From assembly GCA_033442325.1 (NCBI GenBank), contig JAWQFM010000018.1, positions 851,813 to 915,725 on the forward strand: 63,913 nucleotides of DNA, in the 5' to 3' direction. Each line of letters opens with the position of its first letter. Within the stretch, counting starts at the first letter, position 1. A program made the position numbers and the translations under genes. This DNA comes from Salpingoeca rosetta (lineage: Eukaryota; Protista; Choanoflagellata). The notes under the pieces were generated by a model. That model saw nothing but the letters and a program-made list of their open reading frames with translations. It ran no database searches and had not been told where the DNA came from. This document shows positions 52,853 through 63,913 of the stretch, piece by piece.

Positions 52853-53546
52853 CAAAAACAAGCGAGCAGACACGCGAACAGGTGCTCGTGTAGGGTCATG
52901 GCATGTCACGTTGTGGCGAGGGTGACTGCCTGGCTGGGCTGGGTTGTAGTGGTGACATCACGTCGAGTGGCAAAAAGAAAAGGATAAGCAAAGAACAGCA
53001 GAGGAGGACAACACATTGGGAGGCGAGCAAGCCGAGCGCGACATCAAACACACAATAGGAACGCACACGTACACACGTATGCACACGAACACGTGTACGC
53101 GTACACGTACACACATGCGCACGCATATGCATGAGGGGACGATAGGGCCGCAGCGACACCATGACACCACGGCTCGTGAAGAAGAGAACAAGAGGAGGTA
53201 ACAAATGCAAGCAACAAAGAAACCTCACGAGCACGTGAACGCGCGCACACAAGCGCGCGCACCAACACCAAAGCCAACACCAAAGTAGAGAAACGATACC
53301 AACAGCAACCACACAAAGGCGGAGAGGGGGCGGCTACGAAATGAAAAAAGAGAGAGAGAGAGAGAGAAACACTTATGAAGGCAGCGTTTGATAAAAACAA
53401 CTGTGACAATGACAGCCGCGCCTCAACTCTGCATGAGGGAAAGAGGAACAAAGGACTGGTGGTGGTGATGGTGGTGGTGACAGCGTGGTGGTGGTGATGA
53501 TGACAGCGTGGTGGTTGTGGTGATGGTGGCTATGCTGACTGCAGCA

Positions 53547-55086
53547 TCACTTCGGGCACGGGTGATCGAGCATGACGGGGTCGCGGTTGGAGACCTGAGA
53601 TGGTGATGGCGATGGCGATGATGATCATGGTGGTGATGGCGATGTCAGATGTGGGATACATGTGCGGGTGACATGCAGCAGCTTCTCCAAACACACGCAC
53701 ACACACACACACATACACACACACGCACACAAAGAGCACACACACACACACGCAACGCGCTGGCAATGCGTGCATGCGAGCGTCACCTTGATCTCTGTGC
53801 CCTGGAAATACTCGACCAAGTCCGCCAGGTGCTCTCGGTAGCTGACGGCAACGACGATGACGATGATAACAGCAGTTGTTGGTGATGATTTGTGGTTGAG
53901 TGTGGTGAAGGCAGAAGCACGTGAGAACAGCAATTCAAGACCGCCTGAGCAACGCAACACACACACACACACAATCACACACAGCAATGATTGCCAGCAT
54001 ATACGCACATGTCGGTTCCACCGAGGAAGAAACCGCGCGCGTCGTCATGAAGGACTTTGAGATGAATGATCGTGTTGTCCTTTCCACTGGCAGTCCAGAG
54101 ACGTTTGGCGAGGAGCGGGGGGTGCGTGCGTGTGTGTGTGTGTGTGAATGTGTGTGTGTGTGTGCGTGTGTGCGTGCGTGAATGTGAGCGATTGCGGTTT
54201 GATTGTGTGCAAGGTGATGAGTGTGTATGTGTGGAATAGATGGCTGTGACAAGGCAACGGGTGCCACGAACGAGCCACAACTGACAAACATGACAAAGCG
54301 GAAATACACTGGCAGGAAGTGCCACCACAACTCACAGGATGCTGAGTGTGCGGCTGTTTGGATGTGTGGCGGAGGGACGAATCATAAACGTGCCAACACG
54401 CGATCTGGATGAATGAGTGAATGCATGGATGGATGAGTTAAACGTGAGTGGACGCACGGCAAAAAGACAAGCACAGGACACTGCAGCGATATGCACGTGA
54501 CACACACACACACAGAGTACAACACAGCACAGGACATATGTAACACAGCACAGCATAGGACAGAACATGGGGTGTTGACTCACTGTGCCCTGAGGAGTCT
54601 CTCTGCCTCCATTCTGTTGGTCATCTGTGCGTGGAACCAACTGTAGTGGAGAAATGCGGCGAAAAGAAGGTGGTGGTGAGGGTGGTGGTGACGTGATACT
54701 CGAGCAGACAATGCACCAACCAAGGCAAAAGACAAGACGAACAAAACAAGATGAACAAAACAGGCAAACCAATCCAATCCAACAACACAAGTAAGTTTAA
54801 ACAACACGCAAACAACAAAGCGCACAGCAAACTCACGGCTGGTCCTCGTCCTTGACAGGGGTGGTGTTCTTGTCGACAACACCGCTGCCGCTGCCGTCGC
54901 TGCTGTGGTGGATGGACGTCGGGCGGGACGTGGGGGCTGACATGATCACTTCAACAAAGTTGGACGGGACCTTCGCATGTTGTCGTGGGGAGGGGGATGG
55001 GGTGGTGGCAGCGGACGGGCGGTAGTGGTGCACGCGTACATGCAATGTGGGGATGTGTGGTACTTCATGTCAGAAAGTGGGCGGAT

Positions 55087-55131
<45 letters not shown>

Positions 55132-57576
55132 CAACACACACAAACACATCCACACACGCACACACACACACGCACACACACGTGTGCACTACGTTCATCA
55201 CATGCATCATACACGTCACAAATATCAACCCGAGCTCTCACTCAAACACCAAGCACCACGACCAGCACGCTCACCAGGCCCTCCTGCCCGCGCGCGTTTC
55301 TCGCGAGCCACCAGAGGGACGCATCGTCCTTGATCGTCAGCTGTTGGTGGCGAGAAAGAGAGTGTGTGTGTATATGAGCATGTATGTGTGCATAAGTGTG
55401 TGTGTGAGTGTGTATGTGAGTGTCTATGTGTGCATAAGTGTGTGAGTGTGTGTGTGTGTAAGTGTGCTCATGCGTGTGTTTGTGCGTGTGTTTGTGTTTG
55501 TGAGTATGAGGCAGAACGAACGCTCCAGGTTTGAAGTAAACAGAGAAAAGAGAGACTTGTGGGCACAAGATGCTCACCGTTTCCCCCTCGTTGAATGAGA
55601 GCTGGTCCGATTGCTGCGCGGTGAATGTGTGAAGCGCCCGCACAATCTGAAACGATGAAAGGACAGAAAACGTGTCCTCATGAGCATCAACACAAGCTGA
55701 ACTATACACGAGGTCACACACACACACACAAGACACCCACACACACACGCACACATACACACACACGTACACACGTGCACACGCGCACACACACAGCTCT
55801 CAACGCACCTTGCCCGTTCCTCCTGTGGTGTCGGCGGTGGCTGGTTTCGGCAGGAGCTTCGTGTAATCATCATCAGGCTTCTCTCCGTCACCGTCGCCAT
55901 CGCCATCGCCACCCGTTGACATGTCAGCAGAGGGCCTCCCACGCCGCGGCTTGATGGGCGGTGGCGGCGATGACGTTGCCTCTGCACCCCCAGACGATGC
56001 CGACGTGCTTGCTGTCGTGGCCGCCGTTGCTGTCATGGGTGTGCCGATGCTGCCAGACCCGCTGTGGTTCGCGCTCTTTGTCGCGCGCACGTCTCCCGCA
56101 TCCGCCGCACCGTTTCCGTTTGCGCTCCCTGCGTGTGTGTTTGAGCGCGGGCGCGCCGCGTGTGTGTTTGCCATGCGCGTGCCGCCATTGGACGACAACG
56201 TCGATGATGGAGATGTTGACGATGTCTTTGACGGCACGGCCGGTGGTGGTGCAGCAGCGTCCTGATCGCGGGCAGCGAGCGCGCGGCTCTTCAGGTCCAT
56301 CAGCGCCTTCTCAAGCGCCATGCACCGGTCAGCGCTGAACTTGGACTGTACCGGGGGAATGGGAGGGAGGGAAATGGTAAATGGGAAAGTGAAGATAGTA
56401 GGACGTGAGTGTGTGTGTGCATACGTGTGTGAATGTGTAGGTGCATACGTGCGTGAATGTGTAGGTGCATGCATGCATGCATGTATGCATGCGCATGCCC
56501 AGACGACCACGACCACCACCACAACCACCGACAGCACAACCAGCACCACCACCGACAGCAGCAGCAGCAGCAGCAGCACCCTGACCTTGAACTGGTTGGC
56601 GGTGAGTGCGAGCATGTGTGTGCCCTCGAATCCATTTGAGTAAATAATTTCCTTGAAGTCGCCGAGTCCATTCTCCCGCAAATACCGCAGCACATCCGCG
56701 TTGCCCCAGTCCGCAGGGTTGCTGGCAGTGGCAGTGGCGATGGTGTTCGCAGTATGGTGGCGGCGGCGGTGGTGGTGGTGTTTGGGCGAGGTTGTGATTG
56801 GTTGAGCGCAATGAGCACACGAGCGAGAGAGAGAGAGAGAGCGAGAAGAAATGCGTATCATAACCACCCACAACCACCACCACCACCATATGCATTCACG
56901 CATGCATTCACACATTCATGTTGCTTCATGCCCATCCGCACAGCACCACAACACCTACCCCGCAAGTTACCCCTTCCCACTTACTCTGGCAAGGGCTGCG
57001 TCTCTGGCTCCACCTTGACGAAATCAGGACGCTTGCGGACGGGTGCCGGTGGCTGCTGCTGCTGCTGCTGCTCTTGTTCGTCGGGCGATGCGGGTTGTCC
57101 AAACACAGGAACATCCCCCTCGCTCCCCGTGGAGGTGTGTAGCACGCCTTGCGGGTCTGGGTTTTCGTACAGGCCCGTGTCACTCGGCATTTCGTAGTCG
57201 TGCGAGTCATTGAATTCCTCGTAGTCGTGCGATTCACCCCCACCCGTGTTGTCAATGGTAAGCACCCCGCCGCCAGCGAGCGGCGAGCCATATGATGCGC
57301 GTGGCATGCCGTTGTTGTCGTCACGGCCACCACTGCTCTCATCCAGCGCGTCTGGCACGCCCGGCACGGACGACGTTGATGTGCCCGCTGTGGATGGCGT
57401 GACGGGGTCAAGAAGGGCGGAGGCGGACGCGGTGTGTGCCGGTGTTGCTGGCGGCTTGAACGCGGGGGCCACTGCCGTGTCTGATGCTGTCGCAATGGAG
57501 TGGCGGCGGCCTGGCGTGTGTGTGCGTGTGTGTGTGTGTGTAGATTGTGTGTGGGTGTGTTGGGTGAGTGTGTGTA

Positions 57577-57612
<36 letters not shown>

Positions 57613-58428
57613 ATTGTGTGTGTGTGTGTGCAGATTGTGTGCAGATTGTGTGTGAGTGTGTGTGAAGTGTGTGTGAGTGTGTGAGTGTGTGTGAGTGTGT
57701 GTGAGTGTGTGTGGATGAATGTAGGTAGTTGGTGGTGGAGGTTGAAAAGTGAGGAGGAGGGGGAGGAAACTGATTGAGTGGTATCCAAATATGGTGGACA
57801 GAAGCAAACCATAGTTGCTTATACACACACACATGCACGCATGCACACATGCACACATGCGCGTCTGCGCACACCTGGTGGGGCCTGGTTTGTGTTGGTG
57901 CGTGTACGCATGGGAACGCCCTTTCTCTTCACGGCTGGTGTGCGGCGTGGTGATTGACATTGGTGTGAGGGTTGGAGCACGCGAAGCAAAGGCAAAACAC
58001 ATGAACGCATATCACACACATGTACACATCACATACTCACACGCACACGCGCACATTGCACACGCAGACACTGCTTGCACCTTTGTAGTTTCTGACGGCT
58101 GCGGAGAGCTTTCCTTTGTGCACAACGCCCATGTTGCAGGATTGTGCCAGTTCCTACAGGCGACAATCACGACACAATGGGTGAGACCACGCCGGAAGCA
58201 GCATGCTCAAGTCCACGACGACCAAACAAACGAAACCGGTTGTGCACCGCAACCACACACACACACACACACAGACACACACACACACACACACAGACAC
58301 ACACACACAGACACACACACACACACCTTGTGAAACTCGCACACGTCATCGGTGCTGTTTGCGCCTTCCTGCCTAAACTTCTCAACAAACTGCGGAATGT
58401 TGGACACTGCAAGCAAGCAGCCAAGGAA

Positions 58429-58463
<35 letters not shown>

Positions 58464-59262
58464 CGCATGCACAGCAGCAGTCGAGAAGCAGGTGAATGAC
58501 TGAGAGGGAAAGTATCCACGGTTGCGGACAGAGAAGGAGTATGTGCCACAACACACAAAACACAAAACACACACAAACCAATCAAAACAACCCCCACATA
58601 CACATACGCGCACCCACACGCAGATGCACGCGTGCATCAAACAACATCAGCAACAAGCACAAGGGCTGCCAAGTACACGCAACCACACACCATCAAAATG
58701 GACACACAAGACGCCGGACGATCAAGCCAACGTGCAGGCGTACCTTCGCAAAACTCCTCCAATGGCATGCCCACGTAGTACAGGTGCATGTTCTCTGCAA
58801 GTCATAGCCAACCACACCAGCACAAGTGTACAAGCACACAAGCACACAAAAGCACACACACACATACAGTGCGATCATCAATATCGGCGGAAGGACAGGA
58901 CAGCAAAGGCAGAAGGACACCTCGAATCAACGGAACGTCCGCAAAACTGTCCGCATCATCCCCATGCGTCCTTCGGTCGACAAACGCACTCTTCTTCACG
59001 CTTCACACACACACATGCACACACAAGGGAGGAGGAGGCTCTTTGTGTGTTCAGCAACCCTTCCCCCCCCCTGGCTTCTTTCCTCCAAGCTGCGCTTTCC
59101 TTTCACATGCACACATCATTCCCCAGCGTCATCGTCCGTCCATTCATTCGTTCTCCCCTTCTTCCTTGCCCCCTCATCATCAACAACACACACAACAGCA
59201 AGCCACCCACCCAGCTGCGCGGAGCTCAGCCGCCGCTTGACCTTCTTGAACAGGCCCGACAT
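53547..59262 (-). CDS. Phosphotyrosine adaptor: SAM-like - acidic Tyr motifs - SAM - Pro-rich - SH3 - SH2
   Basis: SAM-like NIPQFVEKFRQEG...MGVVHKGKLSAAV; DYEE/DYEMP/LYENP; SAM WGNADVLRYLRENGLGDFKEIIYSNGFEGTHMLAL; SH3 VRALHTFTAQQSDQLSFNEGE...WWLARNARGQEGL|VPSNFV; SH2 WFHAQMTNRMEAERLL..GTFMIRPS..TLSIL..IIHLKV..LADLVEYF..LDHPCPK*. The 5' exons (MSGLFKK...) are less certain. Confidence 0.8.
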
Positions 59263-59679
59263 GATGTTGTGTAGTGTGTGGCTGGACAATGGAAAATGCC
59301 GAGTCAGCGAAATCTGGCGTGGTTGGGTTTGAAAAGAGTTGCGAAGGTCGCGATTCGGGTCATTGCGGACGCTACGCGACGCACCACGTGGCTAAACAAC
59401 CAAAACAACAACCAAACCAAAACAACAACCAAGATCGCTTGCTCGCAGTGGCACTGGAAGCGGACACACATGACATGATGGTGGCTGGCTGGATATGAGT
59501 GTGTTGTGTGAGCATGGATGCGTGTCTCTCACCTGCCTTGCTCTCTCTCCCTGAACTGCTTTTGTTCTGTCTTTGCTGTTTTCTGCTGCTTTCTGCTGTT
59601 TTCGCCCCAGCGAACACAGAAAGGCTCTTGCGCGCACTGGGAGAGTCCGCCAAAAAAAAAACACCTCCACTGACCCCCT

Positions 59680-59868
59680 TTTCAAATTTCGCGGGGCGAG
59701 ATTGATAATTTTTTGGGTGCCCGCCACCGATTTGTCCCGCTGATCGTGCGCGCCAAAAAAAAATAAGCCTGCAGTTGTTATTGTTGCTGTGGCTTGGCTT
59801 GTTTCCACTGTGCGGGAAGTTGTCACATCAGCCAAAAAACCGCACACAACGCGCACTTTTCGCCCGCC
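59680..59868. promoter_or_regulatory. E2F/CHR site cluster upstream of the E2F gene
   Basis: TTTCAAATTTCGCGG (59680-59694), GCGCGCCAAA (59748-59757, reverse TTTGGCGCGC) and TTTCGCCCGCC (59858-59868). Confidence 0.65.
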
Positions 59869-60059
59869 TTGAGGTGTGCACCTGTGAACACATCAGTGAA
59901 CGCCGCCGCACTCTCCCTCCCTTGTCTCTCCGCCACTCTCCACCCACCACCCCATACACACCCACACACATACATACTCCACCCTACCACGGTGAGTTGT
60001 TGCTCTCCTCTCACATCACCACCCCCACATGGAACAATGGGCGTGTGCGCGCGTGTGCG

Positions 60060-60097
<38 letters not shown>

Positions 60098-60824
60098 GTG
60101 TGCGTGTGTGTGCTTTTGATCACCGAGCCATCTCCCGCCACCATCACCCTCAACCATCGTGATGTCCTCGAGTCTTGGTGTACCGCCCTCACCACCAATA
60201 TGCATCCGTCCTTCCTTCCTGCCTCCCTTACAGAACCGACTCCGACCACCCACCCACACACCCCTTCGTTGCCCTCCTGGCTTCAGCCGCCAAGAGAGAG
60301 ACCTCGCGGTACGTTGTGCTCTCCCACTACCACTTTTGCTGCGCGTGTCCACACAATGTCTTCCATCGCATATCGATCAACCACCGTCATGTCGGCCATT
60401 GTTCTCCCCCACACCTAACACCTGTGCTTGGTTTTTCGTCCTGTGCGTCACTCCCCGCCCTCCCTTCTTGCTTCCTTCGCCTCCCCCACCCCTTTGGCAC
60501 AAACCTTCATCTCTTGTCTCTTCCCGCCACAAGTTTTCATGCCCCATATCGCTTTGACATCCCTCACCTCCCATCTCTCACGTTCACGTCTTGGTCCTCT
60601 CACCCACCTCCGCAGGACAAGGAAGGCAACGCCTACACTTCCTCCAGCAAACCACTGTACCTCCATCCCCACATCAATAACATACATCACAACACCCCTT
60701 TTGCCGCCTTCGTTCACCTCCACCCCTCCGCTCCTTCAAAGCCACGACCGACCACATCCCCGTCGCCCCCCCCCCCTACACGCACACACACACACGTCCC
60801 TATCACGTGTAGCGACCCTCCACC

Positions 60825-63913
<3,089 letters not shown>

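Noticed and set aside
52140-53546. Possible extra gene between PSPH and the SH2 adaptor
   Set aside because: Only simple repeats and no coding-like exons, consistent with convergent 3' UTRs.

Overview
Eukaryotic, intron-rich, gene-dense genomic DNA whose introns are full of (GT)n/(CA)n and trinucleotide microsatellites. The style and gene content suggest a choanoflagellate, probably Salpingoeca rosetta (inference, not verified). Most ORFs in the supplied track are microsatellite artefacts, so genes were assembled by hand from exons. I find 14 protein-coding genes: an SNX13/14/25-type sorting nexin (3' partial), a coiled-coil hypothetical, a BARD1-like RING-ANK-BRCT protein, a possibly myristoylated hypothetical, WDR74/NSA1, PEX13, a bacterial-type mitochondrial HisRS, CAPZB, an intronless F-box-like/LRR protein, a plant GGAT-like peroxisomal aminotransferase, SART1/Snu66, PSPH, a SAM-SAM-SH3-SH2 phosphotyrosine adaptor, and an E2F (3' partial). 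There is also a tRNA-Val(AAC) and two 100-N gaps. Most notable observations: (1) an exact 12-mer GTCAATTTTGCC in all three short divergent promoters; (2) an exact 15-mer E2F+CHR element CCGCGAAATTTGAAA in the two long divergent promoters; (3) many introns polarised with GU-type repeats at the 5' end and complementary AC-type repeats at the 3' end; (4) an SLP-76-like adaptor layout; (5) a plant-type GGAT and a bacterial-type HisRS in an apparent holozoan. Exon boundaries are manual and some are approximate.
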